NCBI RefSeq assembly: GCF_963853765.1
Contig: NC_088861.1
Coordinates: forward strand, 2,170,001-2,234,000
DNA: 64,000 nucleotides
DNA from: Magallana gigas
Taxonomy: Eukaryota
Direction of reading: 5' to 3'
Shown: piece after piece, positions 22,483-35,752 of the stretch
How positions within the stretch are numbered: position 1 is the stretch's first letter
Layout of the letters: each line of letters begins with the position of its first letter
The notes under the pieces: generated by a model
What the model saw: only the letters and a program-made list of their open reading frames with translations
The model's database searches: none
What the model was told of the DNA's origin: nothing
Program-made: the position numbers and the translations under genes

Positions 22483-23378
22483 ATGATAACTTGGGTAAGT
22501 CTTTGAGATTTTAAATTATAGAATATATTTTTATTTAAACACAAGGCAATGATTCGTAACTTAAAAGTAACTGTTAAAAATATATTCAAGGAACAGGAGA
22601 GAATGAAATCATGAAATCATACTATTGATCTGCGAATTTATTAATATTAAAAGATAAACAAAACATTGCGTGCTAACGGTGGAAATAAATATCATATTTT
22701 TGTATATTGCAGGGTATTTTATTGTCCGTCCTCTCTGTCACTGTCTCTCTGACATCCGGGTATCTAAAACATCCGTCAGAGGACTGCGAGGACTACTGCC
22801 TCCCAGAAAAAACAACGTGTAGCGTCACGTGTAGACGGAATCATCTGTTCAACAAACTTAGATTTTTTGACTGTTCAAGATTGTGCAAATCCTCGTTCTT
22901 AAAATGCTGTGACAAGTGTAACCAAAATGCACAACGGAAGAAACTCTCTTGGCAAAACAGGACTCAAAACAAACAAATTCACACCATACAAGGAGAGATT
23001 AAAGGCCCAAATGTCAATAAAGGTGAAACCACCAATATTGGAAAAGCACTGACCAATCAGACCAGTGGCACGCAGGGACTGGCCAATCATACACAAGTCA
23101 AAGAAGCACATAGTAATTCAACCACTGCTACGCAAGAGCCATCCCAACAACTGCATTCATGGACAACGATGAATCCGACATTGATGCGACAACAGCCGAT
23201 GCCACCGGGAAAAGCGTGTTTGATCGTGTGTACCGCGGAGCGGTACACTTGTCAGAGGGAGTGTCAGTTGACCCCATACGATTTTGGGTGTATGCCTGAA
23301 TGTGACGTTGATTACTATGACTGTGAACGAGATTGTCAAATTCAGGCACGTTATCACAGACATCCGTTTGGACGCTGA
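22483..23378 (+). CDS. Secreted cysteine-rich protein, 225 aa, with two 8-Cys CX3CX6CX3C-loop-CX3CX6CX3C modules
   Basis: join(22483..22494,22713..23378): ATG ATA ACT TGG|gtaagt...ttgcag|GGT gives the signal peptide MITWGILLSVLSVTVSLTSG. The two Cys modules are separated by a T/N/Q-rich linker with 4 N-glycosylation sequons. AATAAA near 23512. Confidence 0.85.
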
Positions 23379-25764
23379 AGAAAATTCATTTGTGTAATAT
23401 GTAATGAACATTTTTTTTTATTTAAAAATTTTAATATTTGTTATTAATATATGATGTTTGTCTACCAACAAGCTTATGGAAAAGTGTCTCTCAAGCGTTG
23501 TTAATTGAGTGAATAAATTTTTGTCCCAAAAAAATATGGTCATTATGGTTTTTTTCTATTTTACAAAACCAGAATCTTTGACGCAAAATTAGAATATCAA
23601 GGATACATCTGTCTACAGAGTTCCAAAAATGTACATGCATTTGTGATTAATCGCTGTGGTCTAGAAAAACATTATCTACTGTTAAAGGCTTTCATAAAAT
23701 ATCAACCAGTATTAGATTATATTTTAAGTTTTTAAAACCAGTATTGAGTGGGATTCACATTCAGTCTATAACCATTATAAAAGAATACTTTTTCTGGCGC
23801 ATTATCTTTTCTGGTATGCATCATAGATTAACATTTTTGTGAGAATCATATGGTCATGATATACTGTAGGTTGAGAAAGATTTATGATGCGGTGTTTATA
23901 GTACATGTGTCGTCACTTAAAATGGAGCTAAGCTGAAAAGAAAACAATGGTATTTTAAAAAAATATTTGAAGTCTTAATGTCATTGCATGGCGATGACAG
24001 TTTATGATCGTTCTGAAGTGAGAATAAATAACTTAATTAATAACTGGGATAGAAGATAGTTGACGTAATAAATTGATATTTTTGAAAGTCTGATTTTTCT
24101 TATACTGAACCAAAACAACACATCTGGCTGTATTCTTAATGTTTTTTAATATCTATATTGTAAAAGTAAACGACGAATAGGTAATTGAATGCCGAAATGG
24201 TTATCCCTTCAAGTTTGTCGCATTTTTAATTTCAAAAATAAAGTTTGAACATCATCTGGTCATTAGAAATCGCCACAAAACATGATTATTCTGACGAAAG
24301 AGTTGTCTTGTTTAATAGGTGACAACCGCAGTTTAACAACAGATTCGTCGTCAATCAAATATTACAAACCTCTATTACTTAAAATGACTTATTCTTGAAT
24401 TATTTCTAAATCAACAAACATGTTCATTTTCGAGAAATTCCTTACCTTGTCATTTAAAAAAAAAAGACTTATTTGTATTTGATGAAATGAAATGAATAAA
24501 AACGATGTTACCTAACGTAAAAAGTTGGAAAAACATATTAATCATTATTCACGAAAAAAAAGAAGAAAATTAAATGAAAAACACTAAAATGTGCTATTGA
24601 CTTGCACATTTTCGGAAATATTTGGCTTACTTGACATATTTCACATACTTAAAATAAAATATTATATATATGTAAGCATACAATTTAATGTTTATAGTAC
24701 ATCTGTCATCTACTAGAAAAGAGCTGTTATAAAAATAAAATGTTATTAATTAGAAATTAATATCTTAATGTCCTTTCATGGTAATGACTTCATGTATTAT
24801 GACTTCGCTTATGATAATCATGAAATAAGAAGGAATAATTTACTCATTCACTGCGAAACGAATATCATTGATATCATAAATTGCAATTTTTTGAAATTCT
24901 GATTGTCTAAAGATACTCGATCAACACAGAAAATCTGGCTGATTTTTCGAAATTTCTTAATGTCTATGCTTTTATAGGGTTTTAAACGGTAAATTATTAT
25001 ATAAAACAGATGTCGAAAAGCTCATGTATTCAATTGATCGCATTTTATTTTCATTCAGATTTAACTTTTCATCATTATTAAACGCTGCATAAAATGATTT
25101 CTTTGTCTGAAGTAACAATTGTTTTGTAAAATAGGTAACAAAATTATGTTAAGAAAAGTTGCGCAATCAAGAAAATCCCACACCTTTATTCCCATAAATC
25201 ACTTTTACCTGGAAAAAGTTTCTATTTGAGGGGCTCACGTCATCTTAATTCAACAAATTCGTTCATTATCGAAAAATTTCCTCTCTTATTTTTCATGAAA
25301 AAGATTTGCCTGTATTACATGTACATAAACAAAAAAGACACAGATATCATTAACCATCCTGATCCCAAACAATCATCCTTACAATCTGGAAAAAAAGAGA
25401 AAACATTAATGAATATTTAGCAAATTTCAATTAAGAAATGAAACTAAATGAAACAAAACTGATACACGTTATAGATTTCACAATTTTGGAAGAAATATTT
25501 GCTTTACTTATCACAACCATCAAAAACTTTAAATTAATTTACCTCCAATTTCCGGTCGATTATTCCAATTTGTTAAGACTTTAATCCACTAACAAATTAC
25601 ATTTCTATTACACATCTTTCCATAATAACTTTTTTTTATCAGGTGATAAATTCACGACCACGTACGTTTTAAAATTTTCATTTTACGTTACTTTTTTCAT
25701 CAATATGAAAAAATTTCATTACTATGGAAACTTGCAGAATATGCATTATATACATTTTATTCGG

Positions 25765-25935
25765 GTGGAAATGAATCTTCCATGGCAACCATTTCCTGAG
25801 AACAAAAGACCAGCTACAGACAAATGCGTTATCACCCCTGACGAATTTGCTAGAACACAAAAAGGATATGGCCTTGGCCAATGTAAATGGATTGCTCCAA
25901 AAAGCTGTATGTCCTTGAGATTGACATTGACTTGA
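25765..25935 (+). pseudogene. Orphan copy 1 of the TIMP-like terminal exon
   Basis: VEMNLPWQPFPENKRPATDKCVITPDEF...GQCKWIAP is homologous to 34729-34914. The acceptor is mutated (cgg instead of tag), an internal deletion removes two Cys, and no upstream exons were found. Confidence 0.75.
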
Positions 25936-28872
25936 TTTTATGCGACGAATTATGTACTTCGAAATAAAAATGTAAAATCAGCCATTCAAGTAAACGTCCA
26001 TTAATTGCCAACTCTATGCAACGAGAAGGTGTTTTGCAAGTTTCATATATAAAAAATGACCGCCCTTTATATTTCATCTGTTTGTAATCAAATAATTGAA
26101 TTAGTTGGTATTGTTATATCAATTATATATATTTGCACTAAAATAAAAAAATCAATGATACATTCAACAGGTTCTAGTAAACTTACTAATAGCGATACAT
26201 AGTTGTGTATCTCTGACGTTTAAGGATAGTTAATCATTATCTTACTTTAAAACAATATGACCTATTCAGATACTAGTAAGACAATAGACATTGGAAGTGT
26301 TTTCTGTTTTCAAAAATTGATCACATACCTAATTTCCTATGATTTAAATAAAAGTATAATAGCTATTGAATAAAAATTAAATAAAAAAAAGAAAAGAAAA
26401 AAGGTTCTAGATTAAGTAAATGTTGTAAATGTGTAAACTGAACTGTTGTCAGTGTAAAGCAATAACAACATTTTAAGAAAATCGAGAATTTTTTTTAGAA
26501 TATACTACAATATAAATCCTTTTGATTGTAAATATAGATATTTATAGTTATTTCAAATGATCACACTTGTTGTGCTGTTTTGTTGTCCTAATTATGTAGA
26601 TAGCTTTAAAAACCTGATTTGAGGAGTGACACATTTGACACAGAATTTGAAATTTAAAAAAAATTATGGTTTCATGATGTGCCTATCTGTATCATTACAT
26701 TACATTACATCATTACATGAAGCAATCACCAGTTCACAATGCTTTTTGAAAAATTGCGCACTTTGAAACAAAATTTTTAAAGTGTGTTATATTTGGAACG
26801 AAGTCAATGCACTTCGACATTTTTTTTCAAAATTTTTAATATGGTCGATATTAACGCACTTGAAAAAGAATGTGCAGAGTACATTCGAAATTGTTAATAC
26901 CCGCAAACATGATATGATACTCATATAAAAGATAATTGTTTCAACCTAATTTTGCTCCATGGAACAATAGAAAAAGGACTCGATCATGCATGCTGTATTT
27001 AGTTTTCTGAAAAGCAATTTTGTAATGAAAACGTTTGCCGATAAGATCATTCAGTTTGATAATTTGCACATAAAAATAATAGTTCAAGAGTTTTTGAGCT
27101 CGATAACCTGCTTATGATATAATGTTTAATGTATAAACCCTTACTAAAAAGACAAATGCTATTAATTTGTACATAGCAGTTTCTTTCATGATGATGTGTT
27201 TGTGAAATACAATTGCTTTTGAGCCAAGTTGCGATGTATTAATAGTTAATAGATCGGAATTTTGTGTTTCCTTTTTATTGGTGCATCAAGCTTTATGTTT
27301 TAAGTCATAGAATAATAGATGAAGAAAAATATCTTGGGTCTTGTGCTTCTTGTTTAAAGTCTAGATAGTGATTTTTCTATGAATTGTTCAGGGACTGTCT
27401 GGTACTTATATATAATTTTTTAATCGATTGTATTTGGCTTTTGAAATTCATTCTCAAAAATGCAATTCATCATGTTAATTTCAAAGACCATCGTCGAATG
27501 ATTATAACAAAACGAAACTTTTTGGGACAAACGGTAAAACAATCTTAATGACTGTAAAAGGTAAGCGTGCATGAAAAACCTTTCTTTTATACAACTCAAA
27601 ATAAACTACAGAAAAAACATTTAAGGTTGTCTAGCAAATACTTTAATTGATGGAAAGTGATTTTTATTTTATTTGTGTATATATTTGAAGTATTTTACCA
27701 GGCTATGACAAAAAGGCCAAAAAGATCTTATTGCAGCCATTGCTAGTTGAAGTTAGAGGGGACACCTGTTGTGGACAGGGGGTCTAAATAAGACATTGAT
27801 GCCCTCAGTGGGGTCTAGTGGGGGCTCAAGGGGCAAATCTCCGCGACACACGCGGTGTTAATGCTGTGATTTTACTTTACTGGGTACCTATACCTTCTAG
27901 ATAATTTGATAAAGACCCCAAATTAAGTTTGAATAATTTAAAAAAAAGATTTGTCATTATTTATACCTAATCATAGTCATAGTCAAAATGATTAAAATAA
28001 AGAACAGTGTAATAGACAAGATAGTCGTTAAACTAATATACTTGCTAAACGTTTCTATTCGGGTGATTAGTTTTTTGAATAGAAAACTAAATTTCCTCAT
28101 GAAAGTTAGACTGAGATATATTTTTGAGAGAATGCTAAATATGTATGTATTCTCCATTAAAGATTACATTAATTTCATTTTATTACTTTGTATAGATATT
28201 GTTAACATCAAACTGAGATTTTAAATGTTGTGTGCAATACTGTATACCATTTCTGTAAAAATTTATGTGTATAATTCATTTTATCCCTTATTATCTTGGC
28301 TAGCGATAATTAAATGCGCTCAGATTTATACCAGAAGAACTTATTAGTTCTTAACTCCCTGTATAGAATATCCATTTTGGTCATCGATTATATCGATTTG
28401 AGAATATTTTTTGAAGCTGTAAACAGCAACGCAATTATCCCTCACTCATAAAAAATAATGAAGGCCTTGCATAAAAATCACAGATTATTCCGAGTAGAAA
28501 AATTTGAACGTTTTTCAAATTGTTAAATATGAGATGTCAAAATATACGATTTTAGGAAAATATGTATTTGTTTCAAATGATAGTATGATTGCTGAATTTT
28601 CAATTTTAATGTTGATTATATCTGAACATGATGAAAAATATATTAAAAAAGAGAGACGCTAAGAAATGAGACAAAATGTCTGTTCTCCCACTGAAAATAG
28701 GTTCTGCATATGACACAACTTAGGTTAATATTGAGTCCACTCCAATATAACGTGCACGATTAAATGAATTAAACGGCGCAAATTTGTCAATCAAACTAAA
28801 AACTTCAGCTATAAATATTGCACGGCTTTATAACATAAGGACTGTCTGAACTTTTCGACTGTGTGGACCAAC

Positions 28873-30654
28873 ATGTTGAAATTTCTTTTGATTCTTGGCG
28901 TGATTTTATTTGTACAAGGTTGCACTCCACTTATTGAACACGATCAAAACAAGTACTGCCGAAGTATGTATGGTAAGTATTAATCTTTTCTGAATTTCTG
29001 AATTTCTTATAAATATTTTTTAATGTATCATTATTCGTTGAAAAAGTGTCCTAGGCCTCTATTTACTTCTTGATTAATTTACAAGAGAATTCCAAAAATA
29101 TCTATTGACATATAAATTATCAATCAAAGTATGTTTGAAAAATTCTTTGTCGCCCGATGTATAATTCTAATTTTTATATCTTATGGGGGATAGTGTAAAA
29201 TCAATTCATGCCCCGCCCATCACTACATTTTTAGACGTATTTTATCGATGATTTTGATAAATTCTCGTTTTAGCTTTCACTGCCACTGTACTGAGTTCTG
29301 AGGAAAGAAATGTGGAAGCTGTCTTTAAAATACGAGTCAATGAGAATATAAAGGTATATTATATTTCTATTTATCTCTGTCAAAAGGGAATTTTGATAAA
29401 AACTTTATTTAAGTTTTTTTTTTTAGCCCTTGCTATTTTTTTTCAAAGACATAATAAATTTTTATGTAAAGGATAACCAGATGATTATTGATCAACTTTT
29501 TCCATTTTCTTAATTCAGTTGATTTAAATGATTTGTTCTTAGCTGTTTTGGCAATACATTTGATCTTAAGTTTCCTTTAAAACATACTTGTTGTTTGTTG
29601 GCGTTCACCAATAACTTTATTTCTAATGTTTTCTATCTCAAATTTTGTAATTTTCCCTCAGATGGTACTTGGGTACCCAAGAGAAATAGTCACCGTGTAC
29701 GGCAGAGGTACTCTGCATTCGTGTGGTCCCACAAAGCTGGATAAATACAAGGAATATTTCTTATATGGTATTCTTTTTATTTCCAATACAATATAAAAAA
29801 ATATATTATTAAATGTGTGAAACATAAACTTTGTTCTTCAGATTCTTCAAAGCCTTAGCAATCATTATGTTGTTCATGCAATTGAAACATGAGAAAATAG
29901 AGCTTCTAATTAACACAAATTGAAAAAAAAAAGAATTGAATCACTGTTCAGTTAGTTTTAATTTTAGTGTTTTAAAGAATGGATTTATGAATGAATTTGC
30001 AGTTTCCGTAAATGACACAACAACAAACAAACCCATAATCAACCAGTTCCATGAAGCAAGCTTTGCAAATATCACCAGAGTAAACAGCTATGTTTGCTCA
30101 TGCACGGTAATAACGAACCAATTACATGTACATTATACACAAAAAAATCGATGTAGGCCTTAATGTTTATTGACCTTGGGGATTTATATGTATATGGCAT
30201 CTGTGTAGTATGTAAATGTTACAATAATAAGTACTTTTCATGTCTATGAGACAACAATGTTTTTATAGTTATCACTATTAACCGAGCAGGCCTAATTTTC
30301 AAAGGATTGAGAACAGTGCCTGCATGCATCTAGATTTTTCGTTATGTAATAAAAAAAACCTATTTCTTTATTCATTACGATAAACTTATTTAATCATAAT
30401 ATTCCAGGAAACATATGCATGAATTTCCAATTGTTTACATTGAAGTGGGGTTATTATTAATACTTATCTAGGTGTTGGTGAATCTTCCATGGCAACCAAT
30501 TCCTGAGAGTTTAAGACCAGCTAGGGACATATGCATTATCACCCCTGACGAATTTGACTGGTCATTTGAAAGAGGATACTGTGCAAGAAGAGGCGATAGA
30601 TCTGGCTCTGGTCCATGTAAATGGATTGCTCCAAAAACTGCTGCGTGTCCTTAA
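28873..30654 (+). CDS. TIMP-like (NTR-domain) secreted protein A, 190 aa
   Basis: join(28873..28972,29274..29353,29662..29767,30003..30106,30472..30654), phases consistent. MLKFLLILGVILFVQG|CTPLIEHDQNKYC...AFTATV...TVYGRGTLHSCGPTKLDKYKEYFLYV...YVCSC...DICII...GPCKW resembles the TIMP pattern (N-terminal Cys, SxCG, KEYLxxG, CxC, CxW). TATA-like ctataaat at about 28811. Confidence 0.85.
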
Positions 30655-32884
30655 ATTTAGTATTGACCTAATTTTATGAGACAAAATATGCAAACCTTTA
30701 ATAAAAAGTGAAACATTCTCGGAAATGTAATTTAATTTCCTACAATATGCAGAAGAAAAGAAGAAAAGAAAGGTATTTTAAAAGTTCCAGATGAAAACAA
30801 TTTGACAAATTTCTATATTTTCTTTGCCGATAACCCGATAATCACATAATCACATCAGGTGGTAGTGTTATATAATTTACAAGTTTTCACACTGAACGAG
30901 AGGATCCATGAAGGTCAACAACACATAATAGTTGTCATAATCCATTTCATTTCATAGTCGTTATATGTTGTTCAGTATTTCTTTCATTTATGGATTATCA
31001 TTATCCTCTTATATGAAAAATTATGACCTATTCAGATAAGACAATAAATGTCTTTTTTTTGGGGGGGGGGGGTGGGAGGGGATGGAATAACATGTAACAT
31101 ATATAATTTTCTATCAAGCGATTTTAAAGTATAAAAGCTTTCAATTCAAGAAAAGGTATTGTTACCACGCAGGCTATAGATAAGTAGTGTTAGTGATTTA
31201 GTGTTGCCGATGTTTTATCTAATGTAAAGCAACGGCATGACTTATTTCAAAAATGTCTTATCAAAACATTAAAAAAACATATAAAAAGCGTCAACGAACC
31301 GACCTTTTCTATGCTAAAGTAACAAGTTTTAATTTATTAACAATTGAAATATATAACGTTACTCATTGAAAAGAACGAAAAACTCTCGGATCACCCTCGA
31401 TCAGCTCGGATATTTAAAAAAAACTGACGTATGGAAAATGACGTCATTATTATAGGCTAACATGCGATGTTTAATTTAACTTTGGGCTTTAATTATGGTA
31501 GACAGTCGGATTGAACTTTGTAGGTTTCAAATGAGTTTTCTTATTTCTTTAACAGAATCAAAGTGTACTGTCTCTATTTGAAAAAAAAAAATCTGCGTTC
31601 CGCCCAACAGTCACCACCTACACCCATTGATAGAAGTGTCAACTTGATTTTTTATTCTAAAATCGATTTCAGTATTTTAAAAATGTTTGTTATATTAACA
31701 ATGTATTTAATTTTTTTCTTTTGTACTTTGAAAATAAAATATCATAATACATTTAACATTTTGAATGAGTTTTATTATTCGATATTTCGCCGGTTCTTTT
31801 ATCATTCGAAATGAATAAAGTAACTCGCACACCAATTTATTAAATCGCACCATTCTATTTACTAAACGAAATTTAGTTAAAAACAATGTAGAATTATTTC
31901 TCATCAGCAGTTTCTAAGGATTCCATAAGGAAAAAAATCATAAAAAAAACTACATTTTCCTCAGAAGAATTTCTGCTTTTTTAATATTTGTAAAGTTTAA
32001 GCTGAATTAAGTTCAAAAAATGTATATATATTCTATAGCCTGTACAAAGTAATAATTTTATTTTTTGTCAATTTTATTGAAAATAAACATTCCTTTCATG
32101 AAGTACAATTGAAATCGATAATCAATGATAGTTAAAAAAAAAAAAAAAGATCAATGTGTACTAAAAGGAAATGGAACGGAGACAGATTTATTTCGGAGAT
32201 AATTATAAGAAATTTTGACATCTTTTTTATCATTAGGTAGTACTTGGGACACCTAGCACAATTTTGTAAATAACATCATCCGGGAAACTTTCATATTGTT
32301 TGCAATGCTTTATGAATATCAAATAATTTAAGTAGATGCGCTGGAAAAATATCATGGAATAGAGTCTTTCACATAAATGGTTGCACACGGAGTAACCACA
32401 CTTCACACACACCAGTTCTACCACTCCCTCCCCAATAATTAACATTAGCAAATCAATAATAAGACGAAAATTGTACTTTTTAACTAATTTTCAAAAATGT
32501 TATAATTACTATTTAACAGTAACAAGTGATTGTGTACCTGTTACATCCAAATTATAAATTCTCTTAAATTTTAAAATATATTCATAAAAGTTTGAATAAT
32601 TCTAACACACTGAATACTGTGCATTTTATATAAAAAAAAACCTGATAATAAGTAGATACACATTAGCATTTGTCGGTTGTCTTTGAAATAGGGTTTTCCA
32701 CTGACACATCAACCTCTATTAAACAACAAAAAGTAACCTTTGTTGCACCTGGATTGTCACGGGCACGACGAAATAAATTAAAACCGCAAATTGTTACAAA
32801 AAACGGGAAAATTTTGCCATAAATATGCATCGCACGGCTCTAATTCATCAGAACAGTCTGTACTATACAACGGTAAACACAAAT

Positions 32885-34914
32885 ATGTTTGAATTTTTCG
32901 TGATTCTTTGTGTGATTTCGTTGGCACATGGGTGTTCTCCAATAACTGAACACGATCAAACCAAGTATTGTCGAACTCAGTATGGTAAGTGTAAATATTA
33001 GCGATCTCTTTTTTGTTAAGATATAAAAACTCGTTTGACAGGAGACAAAATATTATGATCTTGTACTCCTCATTTGATTCACATGAGTTAACAAAAAACC
33101 AAAATAAAATCACTTTTTACTGTTTACTGCTAGAAGAACCTAGAATGGCAAAGAAGCTTGCAGTAAGATCATGATTGTATTGCAATTACATTTTGCAATA
33201 ATACTTGAGAGATTCACTCCTCGTGTTTATTTTCCAATGCAAACTTGCATCCAGAATCCTTTTTATTAATCCAAAGATGTGTAGAAATTGAGATTTATGA
33301 TTTCCTGTGGTTTATAAAAGTTATGCAAAGTTTACCAAGAGATCTTTACAAGGATTCTTAATTTACTACTGCAGAAATAACTTTGAAAGACATTTCTTTT
33401 TAAGCTTTCACTGGCACTGTCATCAGTTATAAGGAAAACGACATTGAAGCTGTCTTTAGAATACGTGTCAATTCAAACATTAAGGTAGGTTTATTTTCAA
33501 AAAATAAATACACGTATCAGTCAACACGGTTGTTTGTAATACCTTATCATTGTGACGTTTTCACGATTTCGCTTAACATTTGTTATGAACATAAAATGTT
33601 TGATTTTTTTGCATCTCTTTTCCCTCCCCCAGGAGCGACTGGCGAGTCCTGGACAGATTATCACTGTTTACGGTAGAGGTACTCTGAACTCTTGTGGTCC
33701 CACACGGCTGGACAGAAACAAGGAATATATCTTATATGGTAAAATGTCTGTTAGCTGTATCAAAATTGAAATACTATAGCAAAATGATAATACGTTGACA
33801 GAGGTTTTTTTTTCACTAGCGCATTTGGTAAATGTACCAGGTAACTTATACTTAAATCTTTTGTACAAGATACAGAAACACGAAATTTTAAAAAGATAGA
33901 TGAAATTTGGATTTTTATCAAAAATTATATAAGTTCTCCAAAAAAGTTTTCATTTTGGTTTCGATGTTAATGACTTACTGTATATCTACGAGATTTACGA
34001 ATAATATCTGCTCATATATATTTTTCTGTTGTGGATAAATGTACTTTTCTCTATGAATTAAATAATCAGTGATATTATGCTCGTGAATACATTAATAGCG
34101 AATCAGTTCTGAACTGGACATTTGCAAATAAAAATGACACGCAAAATATTTGGTTGACAACATTGCGGAAATAAGACTTCAATTAACCCTACTTAAAATA
34201 GATTATACACTTTTACAGAGTTTTTAATTGTGAAATTTGTATAAATGTGTGCTTTTATACGTCATGTGAACTTGCAGTTTCAATATATGATGCATCCACC
34301 AGAAGACCTGAAATCAACGAGTTTTACGAAGCCACCGCCACATATGTCAACAGAATCAACAACTATGATTGTTCATGCGAGGTAACCACAACTTAATTCA
34401 ATATCACACTTAAATGAAAATTCCAATGTAAGCATACGTTGATTTTATAGTTTAAAATATATTTATGACACCTGTGTAAAATGTGAATGTGGCAGTAATG
34501 TTTACCCTGTGCGACTATAACATGAAGAATTGTATGCCTTCATAATACCGGAAAGCAAATTTAAGTTCACAAGTTTATTTTAATTGTGCCTACATTGATC
34601 AAGACATCCTTTTGTAAAAAAAAAAGCCATTTAAATATTTCAAATACTCATAAAAAGAAAATAATTCACTTAGACGTTCATCGGTTAACTTTAAAGAAGA
34701 ATAATTTTCACTACATTTTTTTTTATAGGTGGAAATGAATCTTCCATGGCAACCGAGTCCTGACAATACAACACCAGCTAAGGACAAGTGCGTCATCACC
34801 CGAAACGAATTTGACTGTTCATTTGAAAAAGGATACTGTGCAAGAAGACGCAATAGATATGGTCTTGGTCCATGTAGATGGATTGCCCCAGACATCGTGT
34901 GTCCTCAAAATTAA
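32885..34914 (+). CDS. TIMP-like (NTR-domain) secreted protein B, 191 aa
   Basis: join(32885..32984,33405..33484,33633..33738,34278..34381,34729..34914). The first four exons have the same sizes as in gene A (100,80,106,104). MFEFFVILCVISLAHG|CSPITEHDQTKYC...; 10 Cys in the mature chain. Confidence 0.87.
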
Positions 34915-35703
34915 CATTCAAAAGTTTTATGAGAGACAAATTGCCCAAGATTTTATTTTATATCAGATACAATGATTTAGCATTCATTCAGTGCTGACAA
35001 TACTAATAAATTGAAGAAACACTGGAATCGATCATTGTTTATTGATATTCATTTGACACTGTTTAATAATTCGGTGTGTACATATTCATATCAGTAATTA
35101 CGAAATTACATGCATTACATTTTATTATTCAATATGGTGTCTAAGAAGGAATGCTTAATTAAGTTGTATGGTGCATTAAATATCTAGGAGGTTGTATGGT
35201 CATCAAATTACCTATTCTTGATTTGGTTTAAGCCTTATAAGCTGCTATCTATATAAGAAAAATTCCATAACTTTTTAACTTTTATCTTCGAATATATTTC
35301 TCTGTTGCTATACGGAAAAAAATTATTTTCCGACTAAGTTTCTGTGGCGTAAACAAAAGAAAACGTATAATATATGTGCTTATAAAGGTATGGGACACAT
35401 TTCGATATAAATGTGGATAAAAGTGCATTGTCATCTGAATACTTCCATCGGTGAGAATTTTTTAAAGTTGGCAATATGAATAGAAAGGTCAGTATCATAA
35501 AAGCCCCAGCTGCGGGATTAGAATTCATTGCTTACAGATTCCTAGTTAACGCTCTAACCTACGGTACGGTAATTTGCAACAAAACTCGAGGGGGGGGGGG
35601 GTTAATAAAAATATACCTTATTGCGTGGACCCTGAGGTCCACGCAGAAAATATATAAGCGAGGTTAAACCGGATGCTATGGGGAAAATTCAGCCTGCGCA
35701 TGA

Positions 35704-35752
35704 GCTAGCCTGGTTCCTGTGCGTAATAGGTAGCGCAGGGAACCAGGCTAGC
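35704..35752. repeat. 49-bp hairpin, possibly a minimal PIF/Harbinger-type MITE
   Basis: gctagcctggttcc...ggaaccaggctagc is a perfect 14-bp inverted repeat; a second hairpin tgcgtggacc-ctga-ggtccacgca lies at 35622-35645. Confidence 0.6.

Noticed and set aside
22899-23411. Three minus-strand ORFs
   Set aside because: Antisense shadows of the Cys-rich CDS; the same applies to 6099-6365, 10586-10768, 15796-15984 and 34599-34895.
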